From positions 1 through 64,000 of IMG/VR virus record IMGVR_UViG_3300010311_001094: 64,000 nt of DNA; one strand, written 5' to 3'. The position numbers were made by a program, and so were the translations under genes. Each line of letters opens with the position of its first letter. Position 1 is the first letter of the stretch. The DNA is from a virus (Duplodnaviria > Caudoviricetes). The notes below the pieces were generated by a model. It saw only the letters and a program-made list of their open reading frames with translations. It did no database searches and was not told the DNA's origin. This document shows, one piece after another, positions 1-9,389 of the stretch.

Positions 1-273
1 TTATTCTGCCGACTTTTTCTTTTTCGTTTCCTTCACCGCAGTCTTATCCACACCGTCATTATCCTCGCCTATACATCTTGATCGGATGTACTCGCTGATA
101 CTTTTACAGCCGGCTGCGGCAGCATTAGTCTTGAAGAGCTGTGCTTCTGCCTCTGTTACTCGGAGGCGGATTACTTGGGATTTTATAGATGCAGGATCGG
201 ATTGCTTGTGCCTTGAGGCATGGTAGTAGGCACGCAATCTAGGCTCACTCTCTATGTTCTGTTTGACATTCAT
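1..273 (-). CDS. Small ribbon-helix-helix / MobC-like DNA-binding protein
   Basis: 90 aa; VIRLRVTEAEAQLFKTNAAAAGCKSISEYIRSRC matches the RHH/MobC pattern. Confidence 0.55.
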   Translation of the reverse strand: MNVKQNIESEPRLRAYYHASRHKQSDPASIKSQVIRLRVTEAEAQLFKTNAAAAGCKSISEYIRSRCIGEDNDGVDKTAVKETKKKKSAE

Positions 274-1582
274 TCCTTAGTTGTTTCAATAAGTTCGCAT
301 ATTTGGTCTGACCACATTTTATCATTCCTTCAATAATATAATCATACTCCTGCTTAGGTACAATAGAGTGTTCATCCAGCCATCTTTTCAAGTGCTTACT
401 ATATAAGCGCTGAAAATCTTCTGAATAATACGCACTTTGTTTTTCTGAATATCTCCATCCACTTATATCCGAAAAGGTGAAAAATGCAGTTATCTCTTCT
501 TTGTTTAATTGTCTAAACACAGTGTTCCAATCCAAAATATCAGAAGCAGATTTTGCCAATAGTGCTAATGCCTCTTCTCTTATTGAAATAAGTGGCACTT
601 CTTTTCCGTGATTAGCCGCAAACTCAGGATGTTCATCTATTAACTCTATTATAGAATCAATCTTATTGTTTCCAATTCCATATTTTTCTTTAATAATTCG
701 TTTTGCTTCTTTTATTTTCTCACTAAATTGTTGTGGCGATGGTAATAGTTTGGATATATCTTCTATCTGCTCTCTTGATAAGTCTTTTGTAAAAGTTGCT
801 GTTTGATATTCGTGTTCGATAAGTGAAACATTATACAATATATGCTCAAACAAACCAGTCATCAATACAAATTGATTGTAGACAAGTTCTAAGGAAACAT
901 GCTGAATCCCTTGTGATTCAAAATGTGGCGTTCCGTCATTACTGTACTTATATTTGTACATATCTCCATCTGGATCTTTATCTCTATAGTGCTGCAAAAG
1001 TGGTAAGGTTTCCTTAAATAATACTGGTATTCTTTCATCTACATTGTAATACTTCTCAACCAGTATAATTAATGCATCCAGATTGTGTATTGCAGTCTTT
1101 TCTTTAAGATTATCATACAATTCGTCCCATAAATAACTTAATTCATTCTTAATTACTTCAATCTTTTGCAGGAGTTCCTCGTTAATTAGTGACGACGAAT
1201 CGCTTAATCCTTCTATTGGTAATTCATCTTGTAATTCACTTAGCTCAATTTGTTTTTTTCTGACCAATCTGTACTTATCTGGATTTCGCTTGATAGCAGT
1301 AAGATATATAACGCTACTTAATAGACTTTTTAGGAACAATTCAATGCAATGCCTTACACAATATAAAGTTGGATAAACAATGGTATCTGAAAATGTTTCT
1401 CCAGAGTCTATCCCTTTTAGCATCAATGCCACTGCTTCTTTAAACCCATCATAAATCGTTGACTGATCGTAACCTCCATTAATGCCAACACACGCTCTAT
1501 ATTTACTGCTTCCTTCACCATGATATTCAAATGGAGAAGAGTTAATAATGAACTTTATTCTAGCTTCTTCTTTATTGTCCAT
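245..1582 (-). CDS. Low-GC hypothetical protein with HEPN-like N-terminal region (possible defence gene)
   Basis: 445 aa ORF, AT-rich versus flanks; motifs RHCIELFLK...HNLDALI...DPDGDMYKY. Confidence 0.5.
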   Translation of the reverse strand: MDNKEEARIKFIINSSPFEYHGEGSSKYRACVGINGGYDQSTIYDGFKEAVALMLKGIDSGETFSDTIVYPTLYCVRHCIELFLKSLLSSVIYLTAIKRNPDKYRLVRKKQIELSELQDELPIEGLSDSSSLINEELLQKIEVIKNELSYLWDELYDNLKEKTAIHNLDALIILVEKYYNVDERIPVLFKETLPLLQHYRDKDPDGDMYKYKYSNDGTPHFESQGIQHVSLELVYNQFVLMTGLFEHILYNVSLIEHEYQTATFTKDLSREQIEDISKLLPSPQQFSEKIKEAKRIIKEKYGIGNNKIDSIIELIDEHPEFAANHGKEVPLISIREEALALLAKSASDILDWNTVFRQLNKEEITAFFTFSDISGWRYSEKQSAYYSEDFQRLYSKHLKRWLDEHSIVPKQEYDYIIEGMIKCGQTKYANLLKQLRNECQTEHRE

Positions 1583-1786
1583 AATTATTGCACCATGCTT
1601 TCATTGAATTTATACTACATCGAAAATTGCCGATTTTTCAAATATTAACAACCCCACACAAGCAAAAACAGCCCCCAGAACCAGCTACATACATTTCGCA
1701 GATTCCAAGGGGGCTTGTTGTAGCCGGTATTCATTTCATATCTACAGTATATCAGAAAATCCGACATCTGTCAAGATAGGGTGTAG

Positions 1787-2293
1787 CTATTTCTTAGATG
1801 GCTTCGACTGTTTCGCCTGTTTCTTTTTCAGCGTGTCTTGCGGTTTATCTGCTGTTGTGGTGTCCACAGTATCCTCACCGATGTGGCAGCCTTCGTGAAC
1901 AACACTGTTGTGGTTTAAGATCACTCCGGCGGAGAGTATGCATCCTGTTTCAACGGTCACTGCGGTATGAACAACAACCATAGGCTCTATGAAGCAACCT
2001 ATGCCGATTTATGCCGACGGACTAACATATGCTTTTTCATGAATGAGTGTCGGTACTTCATAACCAATCTCACATAATCCTTTTATCAGATTCAGGCGGA
2101 GCTCCGTATTTCCAATCGCAACAACCGCCGAATCGTATTCATGAATCAACTTATTAATATCACAGATCTTTCCGACGGCAGACGGATAAACATCATCGAC
2201 AAAGTCGATTTTCTCAAAGCACTTCATCGATTCTGCGATTTCCTTGGCGACCATACCATATTGTCCGGCACCTATGATAAGTAAGTTCTTCAT
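1787..2293 (-). pseudogene. PglD/NeuD-family sugar O-acetyltransferase pseudogene
   Basis: MKNLLIIGAGQYG...VAIGNTELRL...TLIHEKAYVSPSA, in-frame TAA at 2009-2011, then hexapeptide repeats IGIGCFIEPMVVVHTAVTVETGCIL; C-terminus replaced by an unrelated Lys-rich tail. Confidence 0.8.
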
Positions 2294-2879
2294 AAACACG
2301 CCCCCTAAAAAGATTATAAAAGTGTCAAGCTGGATCAATACTACGACTTTTAGAGACCAGGTAATACTCCGGTCTCGGAAATACTATATATAATAACCAA
2401 CCGTGTGCACCTAACACACTGTGTTTATAAGCAAGCTCATATCAACCTCTAATAAATTTAGAAGTTTATATCAACCCGCCAACTTTTATACATCAATACT
2501 TCTTATGTACATACTACCAACAATTTACATACTAATGACCTTCTTCAGCTCAAAAGGTAAATTCTCCGCCGATGTGTCGGAAGTGTTCATACCTGATAAT
2601 GCAATGATATTACCCCGAAAATGTAACGAAACAATGATGGGTTTTAATGTGCATTTTCCTCGATTTTACGCCGTTTTTGCCATGTTTTCACCTTTTATAA
2701 ATAAGAGGTTCCAAGTTTGTCAGTAGGGATTGCGCAATCGGCGGAGAATGAAAATCCCGATTTTACGCCATTTTCTTAAAATCCGGTATTTTTGGATAGT
2801 TCCGAGCGAGGGATAAAGTTCTATTTTTGAAATGTTCATTCTGGCAGAATATCCCCTTATCAGAGGGATAAATGAAAAA

Positions 2880-2946
2880 CAGCCCACCAGGTATGTCTCC
2901 GTCTTACGAAATGTTGCGTAATTTGGAAACATACCCAGTGGGCTGC
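2880..2946. other. Long imperfect hairpin downstream of the LSR module
   Basis: CAGCCCAC..GGTATGTCTCC...GGAAACATACC..GTGGGCTG. Confidence 0.55.
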
Positions 2947-3069
2947 TTCATTGTTTACTTTTATGTATCGGCCTCACGGATCTTCCGCATCTTGATGTGA
3001 TGAAAGTATCGTTCGGCACTTATTGCAATAAACCGCGATATCTGGTATAATACAGCTGATATCTACAGT

Positions 3070-3450
3070 TCAGCCTACCAGATGTCCTTCCTGCACACGA
3101 TACGCCGTTGTAAGGTCGAATACGACCAAATCTCGGTCAGGCACAGCTATGCCGCGTATACGGTATGTGGACTTTATATCCCAGCCGCAGGTCTGATATA
3201 TAAAACGTACCATATCCATGCTTTTAAGCTCATAACCATCGTGGGAAGTATCCTCCGGCAGCTGATGAGCTCCGCTTGACTGATAGCTGCATTTCTCAAC
3301 AGCCAGCTTTCCATTCTCCGGATCTAACAGAAATCTGAAATACTGCGGTAAGCCAATAGCTTTCAGAGTTGTCTTGAATACAGTGATCCGTCCATATGCA
3401 ACCGAGAAGCTGATTCCAAGATCAGCATTCTCCCATGATAGGTTCTCCAT
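3070..3450 (-). CDS. LSR-associated hypothetical protein (paralogue of the LSR C-terminal domain)
   Basis: 126 aa, overlaps the upstream gene; pattern GRITVFKTTLKAIG..YFRFLLDPENGKLAVEKC..W..YRIRG. Confidence 0.7.
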   Translation of the reverse strand: MENLSWENADLGISFSVAYGRITVFKTTLKAIGLPQYFRFLLDPENGKLAVEKCSYQSSGAHQLPEDTSHDGYELKSMDMVRFIYQTCGWDIKSTYRIRGIAVPDRDLVVFDLTTAYRVQEGHLVG

Positions 3451-4216
3451 CTGACACCTCCTCTTCTACGTCAGGGTATACTACGCCCGTAGAATTCGCA
3501 GTGGCAGAATTATCCTCAAGAGTCAGCTGCTGCCCGACCTGCTCGATCTCCACAGGTTTCTTGTCGCCTGTGAGCATAGCTACGTTGATATACCCGTTCT
3601 CGACTGTGACCTGTGTCTGCTTTTTATGCTCTTCCACAGGGACTCCGAATGTTCCGGCAATATCCTCGGAGTAGTATCCCTTCTTGTAGTCCACGGTCTC
3701 GTCGATCACTTCGCCCTTCTTGGGCTTTTCACGGAATGTCTCCTTCACGATCAGGTCGAAAACATAATAGGTCTCGCCCTCAAACTCGATCTTATAGCCC
3801 AGTATCTTATAACGGCACTTAGAATCCCAATGCATGAGTTCATACAGCTTATCCGTAAAATCGGGGCAGGTCATCTTACGGCTTTTACGCTTATCCGGCT
3901 TGGCTATGCACCAGCGTAGAGCATCCTTGTCGTTCTCCTGACAGCCCTTGACCGCAAACTTTTTCTCGTCCTCGCAAAGCAGCAGCTGTACAAAGACCAC
4001 ATCTTCCAGACCGTTGATGCAGGCGGTATTGAACGTGATACTGCCTTTTCTGATCGTAACAGCCGGATCACGAAGGTGTGCAAACAGTTCCTTGCGGACA
4101 ACCACAAAGTTATAACTTCCGAAAGCCTGTTCCAGCTCTCTTCTTCGGAGTTCCTTTTCGGTAGTCAGTTCTTCGAGCGCCATTTCTTCACTCGTCGGCA
4201 TCATCTGCTCGGTCAT
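3422..4216 (-). CDS. LSR-associated hypothetical protein
   Basis: 264 aa, overlaps the LSR 3' end; GSITFNTACINGLEDVVFVQLLL..FAVKGC..W..YKILG. Confidence 0.75.
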   Translation of the reverse strand: MTEQMMPTSEEMALEELTTEKELRRRELEQAFGSYNFVVVRKELFAHLRDPAVTIRKGSITFNTACINGLEDVVFVQLLLCEDEKKFAVKGCQENDKDALRWCIAKPDKRKSRKMTCPDFTDKLYELMHWDSKCRYKILGYKIEFEGETYYVFDLIVKETFREKPKKGEVIDETVDYKKGYYSEDIAGTFGVPVEEHKKQTQVTVENGYINVAMLTGDKKPVEIEQVGQQLTLEDNSATANSTGVVYPDVEEEVSDGEPIMGEC

Positions 4217-6044
4217 ATCCTAAGTTCCATCCTTCCATAATTGTTTCGGCTTCTTTCATCAGCTCTGCAAGAGTTTCTGAAGATAGTGCATTCATTTCTT
4301 CTATAACCTTTGCCGGTCTGAGAACATCCCAGTCACCACTGTAGTGCTGCTGTGACAGCAGATGTCCTCGTGCAAGCGATACGATCGGAGTTCCGAAACC
4401 TGCGCCCCATGACGGCGGATAGACTCTCACTGTTTCCTGAACCACGATCTGCTCCTCATCATCTTTTTCCGGGACGATGACCTGCTCTACAGTTTTCGAT
4501 ACTACGGGTTCGTCCAGTTCAAATAAAAGGAGCTTATCAGAGCCGTTGCTGCGGAATTCTCCTTTAAATCTGTACTTGCCGTCATCCTCCCACGACATCA
4601 GGCTGAATATGACCTTTGCCAGCCCACGGCAGCTCATGCTGTTCACGATCCACTTATCTTCTTTCAACCTTCCCCAGTGGATTGCATTCGGATTATCGCT
4701 CTCACAAGGGCGGATCGCGATGCAGTTATTCACAGTGTTGATAAGCAGTTCAACGTACTCCACATCCTCAAATTTCTTTAAACACGCAGTACTAAAGCGC
4801 ATCTTTCCGCCTGATATCGTCAGAGACAGATCATCAGAAGACGGAAAGAAATGTGAACTGACACGCTGATATCCGTTCAGATTCAGCTTAAGACCTGACT
4901 GGACATATTCTTCCTTTTCAATAGCGGTCTGAACACTTTCACAGGCCTTCTGATAGTCCTCGGGAGAAAAGCCCTCCCAGTTTCGGTCGATCGGAACATA
5001 TCCTTTGAGCGCACCGTCCTCCACAACGCTCAGCACGGGCAGAGCATGCTTTTTTCTTTTGTAAAATGCAGATGAACGGATAAGCTGGGCGGCATTGAAT
5101 ACTTCACGGCTGATAATGGCATCGTGATGATCACGCTTTCTATATTTCGGGAGCTTGCCGTCATTCTTTACTGCTTTATGCGTTTTGAAGTCAGGCGTGT
5201 AAGTCTTATGAGCAAGAACGTCGCCGCAATGGCGCTCGTTGTCTATAATTCTGGTTATCCATGAAGATTTCCACTCGGTATTGCCAAGCTTGGTCTCACG
5301 CTGATAATCCGTCAGAAGATCGGCAATTTCCTTACTTGACCATCCGTTCACATACAGATAGTAGATGACCTTGACTGTCTCCGCCTCGGACTCATTTATT
5401 ACCAGTCCGCCGTCCTCGTCGTTGTCATAGCCCAGAAGCTCCGGAGTCAGGAAGATTCCGTTCTGGAAACGGCGCTGGACAGACCAGTTCATGATGAAGG
5501 ACTTGGAGCGTGACTCCTCCTCGGCAACAGTAGCGAGGATAGTCAGAAGCATAGTGCCTTCTGCGCCCAGTGTGCAGAGATTGTTTTCATCAAAGCGCAC
5601 GCCAACACCGTAGTTTTTCAACTCCTGAACGATAGAGAGGCAGTCCACAACATTTCTGGCGAAACGGGCGATGGATTTTACAAGGATAAGCTGGACTTTT
5701 CCTGCTTTCGCATCCTCAATCAGAGACAGCATACCTGCACGGTGAGACAGTTCTGTTCCGGAAATACCTTCATCACTGTAGATGCCGGCAAACTCCCAGT
5801 TCGGATTCTCATTGATACGCTTTGTGAAATCATTGACCTGTAATTCAAACGAGGAAGTCTGCTCGTCATTCTGTGTGGAAACACGGACATAGGCAGCGAC
5901 CTTCATCTTTCTGTTCTCTATATCAAGATCGCTTTCTTCATTTGCAGGGATGACTTCAATCTCAGAAGAATCGATTCCCTTGTATTTTTCCCTGATCTCG
6001 CCTTTATGTTCAGAATTTCTGATTCTGCGCTTTGACGCCTTCAC
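4188..6044 (-). CDS. Large serine recombinase with extra C-terminal domain
   Basis: YVRVSTQNDEQ catalytic motif, KSIARFARN, AEEESRSKS, recombinase domain LLGYD...HHDAIISRE. Confidence 0.92.
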   Translation of the reverse strand: MKASKRRIRNSEHKGEIREKYKGIDSSEIEVIPANEESDLDIENRKMKVAAYVRVSTQNDEQTSSFELQVNDFTKRINENPNWEFAGIYSDEGISGTELSHRAGMLSLIEDAKAGKVQLILVKSIARFARNVVDCLSIVQELKNYGVGVRFDENNLCTLGAEGTMLLTILATVAEEESRSKSFIMNWSVQRRFQNGIFLTPELLGYDNDEDGGLVINESEAETVKVIYYLYVNGWSSKEIADLLTDYQRETKLGNTEWKSSWITRIIDNERHCGDVLAHKTYTPDFKTHKAVKNDGKLPKYRKRDHHDAIISREVFNAAQLIRSSAFYKRKKHALPVLSVVEDGALKGYVPIDRNWEGFSPEDYQKACESVQTAIEKEEYVQSGLKLNLNGYQRVSSHFFPSSDDLSLTISGGKMRFSTACLKKFEDVEYVELLINTVNNCIAIRPCESDNPNAIHWGRLKEDKWIVNSMSCRGLAKVIFSLMSWEDDGKYRFKGEFRSNGSDKLLLFELDEPVVSKTVEQVIVPEKDDEEQIVVQETVRVYPPSWGAGFGTPIVSLARGHLLSQQHYSGDWDVLRPAKVIEEMNALSSETLAELMKEAETIMEGWNLGYDRADDADE

Positions 6045-6056
6045 CGTTTTTACCCT

Positions 6057-7040
6057 TTACCTTTCTGCTCCCGGAAGTACCCAGTACCATGTCCGCATTT
6101 TCTTATACGGCTTGATACCAAGCTCTGTTTTGACCTCGTTCATTGTTTTATCGCCTATACGATGTTCAGCCATGATGCGCCTGATCTCCATAGATTCTAC
6201 GGCACCCTTCTCCAACGCTTTCTTGATGAGAATTGCTGCAAGCTCGTGCTTGTTCTTCGGAAACGCCTCATACACAGGCTCTACGCCTATGATGCTTGCA
6301 CTTGACTGCTCAGAAGCTACTCCGAGCCAACGGAATCCGGTGGAAGGGCGAATCTCAAATGAAAGATCGGCGCCTTTGGAATCAAGGCTGTTCTTGACTT
6401 GCTTTACGATACGGACATCTTCGTCCTCGGGGCTTTTCTCAACCTGAATCACGCTGCGGGCGGCGGCGACAACATCAATGCTGCCAAGTCCTCGATACAG
6501 GTCTTTTGCGCCTTCCTTTTTGCTGAAGTGTCCGATCAGGACCACGGCGCAGTTATATGTAGATGCCCACATACCGATGCGGCGCATCAGCTTTCTTGCT
6601 TTCCCCGCTATCTGAAGGTCAGAATCATTCCCGATGTATGACTGTATGGGATCAATGACCAGAAGCCGCGGTCTCCATTCAGTGATAGCCTCTCTGATAC
6701 GCTCGTCATCCAGAGTCAGACCGCTGTAGACCTCTTCATCGATAAAAGCGATGTTACTGCAATCAGCTCCTGCGGCCAGCAACCTTGGCTTGATCGTATC
6801 CTTCGCTCCATCCTCCGAACACTGATAGATGACTCTCTGTGGAATACCGAAAGCTCTGCCATCAGGCGCTGATCCGCCTTTTGACAGTTCGGCAATCAGA
6901 TTCATCATCATGCTTGACTTTCCGCTGCCGGGGTCACCTTGAAGAAGTGTGATCTTCCCGATTGCTATGTATGGCTGCCACAGCCAGTTGACCGGCATAG
7001 CGGTCACATCGCTGTACAGCGTTAAGAGCTTTGATTCCAC
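6057..7040 (-). CDS. AAA_25 / RepA-like ATPase (helicase-like)
   Basis: VNWLWQPYIAIGKITLLQGDPGSGKS Walker A; LLVIDPIQ Walker B; YRGLGSID. Confidence 0.85.
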   Translation of the reverse strand: MESKLLTLYSDVTAMPVNWLWQPYIAIGKITLLQGDPGSGKSSMMMNLIAELSKGGSAPDGRAFGIPQRVIYQCSEDGAKDTIKPRLLAAGADCSNIAFIDEEVYSGLTLDDERIREAITEWRPRLLVIDPIQSYIGNDSDLQIAGKARKLMRRIGMWASTYNCAVVLIGHFSKKEGAKDLYRGLGSIDVVAAARSVIQVEKSPEDEDVRIVKQVKNSLDSKGADLSFEIRPSTGFRWLGVASEQSSASIIGVEPVYEAFPKNKHELAAILIKKALEKGAVESMEIRRIMAEHRIGDKTMNEVKTELGIKPYKKMRTWYWVLPGAER

Positions 7041-7109
7041 GGTTTCTCACACTTCCTTCCGGCATCACTATTTCATCTTCTATTATACATGATGCAGGGA
7101 TATCTTACC

Positions 7110-7159
7110 ATGAACGGGTAGTTCATAATTATCCGCTATTCTATGAACTATCCGTTCAT
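7110..7159. promoter_or_regulatory. Paired palindromic operators between divergent AAA and XRE genes
   Basis: ATGAACgggtaGTTCAT at 7110-7126 and ATGAACtatccGTTCAT at 7143-7159. Confidence 0.65.
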
Positions 7160-7299
7160 AAAAACGAGTAAGATGGTGCTATAGCTGGAGGGGAAATGAC
7201 CACCATCTTAAAACCTTTCAAATCGACTTGCTATGTGCTCGAACTGGTGGTAATATAGATACTGCCGATGCGGGCAACATAGAAAGGCTGATTTGAATC

Positions 7300-7641
7300 A
7301 TGGACTTAGACTACGTCCTGATCGGAACACGCATCAGGAAGTACAGAGAAGAAAAAAGCCTCTCGCAAGAAGAACTCGCCTTCAACGCAGGCATCTCATG
7401 GAGACATCTCAATTACGTTGAGCATGGCGAGCGTAAGGTAAGCGTTGATGTACTTATCGCACTTGCCAATGCACTTGACGTCACCGTCAATGATCTTCTT
7501 GCCGATCATCTGACGACCTCGAGCACGACATTCAAGGAAGAAGTCATCGACCTCTTGACAGACTGCACTCCCGCAGAAAAAGCTATCCTCATGGATATGC
7601 TCAGACACATGAAAAAGCTCCTTCAGGAGCACGGAATCTAA
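7300..7641 (+). CDS. XRE-family HTH transcriptional regulator
   Basis: IGTRIRKYREEKSLSQEELAFNAGISWRHLNYVEHGERKVSVDVLIALANALDV. Confidence 0.9.
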   Translation: MDLDYVLIGTRIRKYREEKSLSQEELAFNAGISWRHLNYVEHGERKVSVDVLIALANALDVTVNDLLADHLTTSSTTFKEEVIDLLTDCTPAEKAILMDMLRHMKKLLQEHGI

Positions 7642-7646
7642 AACAA

Positions 7647-7721
7647 AAATACTGCCCGCATAGGCAGCAGAGCATCCGGATCAGGTCTTGGGTGCTTCTG
7701 CTCTCTACGCGGGCAGTATTT
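7647..7721. terminator. Long hairpin between convergent genes (probable bidirectional terminator)
   Basis: 13-bp perfect arms AAATACTGCCCGC / GCGGGCAGTATTT plus inner stem. Confidence 0.6.
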
Positions 7722-7732
7722 CTCTTATATTT

Positions 7733-8143
7733 TTATTCGCCGGCTTTCAGCGCATAGTACAGTTTGGTGATGTATTCAGCCAGTTCAACGCTCATATTCA
7801 TCACAACCGATTTGCCGGAGATATTATCCAGCATTTCCTTGGCGGATGCAAAGATATCTCCTATATCGGAATCTGAATGATCGGTTTGATCTGCTTTCAC
7901 AAATGCAACCGCTTCATCGATCAGTTTTGCAAGGTGTTCACCTTCAAGCACTGTCTTCAGCGGAATCGCATCCTGATCTTGGGCAGGACTCGGAAGCTTC
8001 AGCACAATACCTTCGCTGAGCACAGCAGCCAGTTTTTGCTCGGCATCCTTACATCTGACAAGATATGTGCGGAGCAGAATTGCGATAATACGATCTCCGA
8101 AAGGAATGTCATCAATGCTCACAGAGTAAAATGGATGTTTCAT
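7733..8143 (-). CDS. Hypothetical protein
   Basis: 136 aa ORF with AGGAGG RBS. Confidence 0.65.
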   Translation of the reverse strand: MKHPFYSVSIDDIPFGDRIIAILLRTYLVRCKDAEQKLAAVLSEGIVLKLPSPAQDQDAIPLKTVLEGEHLAKLIDEAVAFVKADQTDHSDSDIGDIFASAKEMLDNISGKSVVMNMSVELAEYITKLYYALKAGE

Positions 8144-8318
8144 TTTATGTACCTCCTACGTGGGTTTCTTTTGCTTATCAGCTTACTACAAAAAAATTTA
8201 CATTGCAAGAGGTGGCAGAAAAGTTTGTAATAGCATTACAAAAACGATGCCCACAAACTATGCGTTCAACCGGCAAATTATCTATGCCATTTGAAGCCGT
8301 AGTAAGTGGGCATTATGT

Positions 8319-9386
8319 TTATTTATAATATTCAGCGTACCACTGAGCGAACTTTCTCAGTCCTTCACGGATGCTGATCGTCGGTCTGAAACCGTAGTCA
8401 TCCTCCAGAGCCTTGCTGTCCGCATAGGTCACAGGTACATCTCCGGGCTGCATCCCGACCAGTTCACGATGACCTTCAAAGTCATAATCAGCAGGAAGCA
8501 CACCTGCGTTCACAAGCTCTTCCTGTAATGTGCTGATATAGTCCAGCAGGTTCTCAGGAGTACCGCCGCCGATGTTATACACTGCATAAGGCGGAAGCGG
8601 CAGTCCGTCCTCGCCGTTCTGTTTCTCCGGCGCTCCCTGCATGACTCTGTACACGCCCTCAACGATATCGTCAACGTAGGTGAAATCACGCTTGCAGTTG
8701 CCGTAGTTGAAGATCTTGATCGTTCCGTCCTTGGCTAATGTGTTCGTAGCTGAGAAGTAGAACATATCAGGTCTGCCGGCAGGGCCGTATACTGTGAAGA
8801 AACGCAGGCCTGTGGACGGGATGTTGTAGAGCTTGGAATAGCTGTGTGCAAGCAGTTCATTGCTTTTCTTAGTCGCAGCATAAAGGCTCACAGGATTGTC
8901 AACCTTATCATCTACTGAAAACGGAACCTTCTTGTTGCCACCGTAGACAGAAGAGCTGGACGCATACACCAGATGCTCCACCGGATTATGGCGGCAGGCT
9001 TCAAGGATATTGTAGAAACCAATGATATTGCTTTCAATGTACACATCCGGGTGGTCGATGGAATAACGAACACCTGCCTGTGCTGCTAAGTTGACCACTA
9101 CATCAAAGTGATACTCAGCAAACAGCTTGTCAATCAGTGCCTTGTCTGCGATTGAACCCTTGACGAATATATGCTTGACCGGCGAAGTATCAGTCGCCTT
9201 TTCGATCAGTGAAAGACGATATTCCTTCAGTGCCGGGTCATAGTAGTCATTCATATTGTCAAGGGAGACCACTGTGCCGGATGACATTTCTTTCATCAGT
9301 CTCAGCACAAGATTTGCACCGATAAATCCGGGAGAACCGGTCACAAGTATCGTCTTGCCGTTTAAGTCAATTCTTTCTTTGCTCAT
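8319..9386 (-). CDS. NAD-dependent epimerase, UDP-glucuronate 4-epimerase type
   Basis: VTGSPGFIG, NLAAQAGVRYS, YASSSSVYG, YAATKK, GLRFFTVYGPAGRPDM. Confidence 0.92.
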   Translation of the reverse strand: MSKERIDLNGKTILVTGSPGFIGANLVLRLMKEMSSGTVVSLDNMNDYYDPALKEYRLSLIEKATDTSPVKHIFVKGSIADKALIDKLFAEYHFDVVVNLAAQAGVRYSIDHPDVYIESNIIGFYNILEACRHNPVEHLVYASSSSVYGGNKKVPFSVDDKVDNPVSLYAATKKSNELLAHSYSKLYNIPSTGLRFFTVYGPAGRPDMFYFSATNTLAKDGTIKIFNYGNCKRDFTYVDDIVEGVYRVMQGAPEKQNGEDGLPLPPYAVYNIGGGTPENLLDYISTLQEELVNAGVLPADYDFEGHRELVGMQPGDVPVTYADSKALEDDYGFRPTISIREGLRKFAQWYAEYYK

Positions 9387-9389
9387 ATC

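Noticed and set aside
2421-2932. ORFs 2421-2726 (+) and 2720-2932 (-)
   Set aside because: No recognisable motifs or RBS; the region looks regulatory, with inverted repeats and hairpins.
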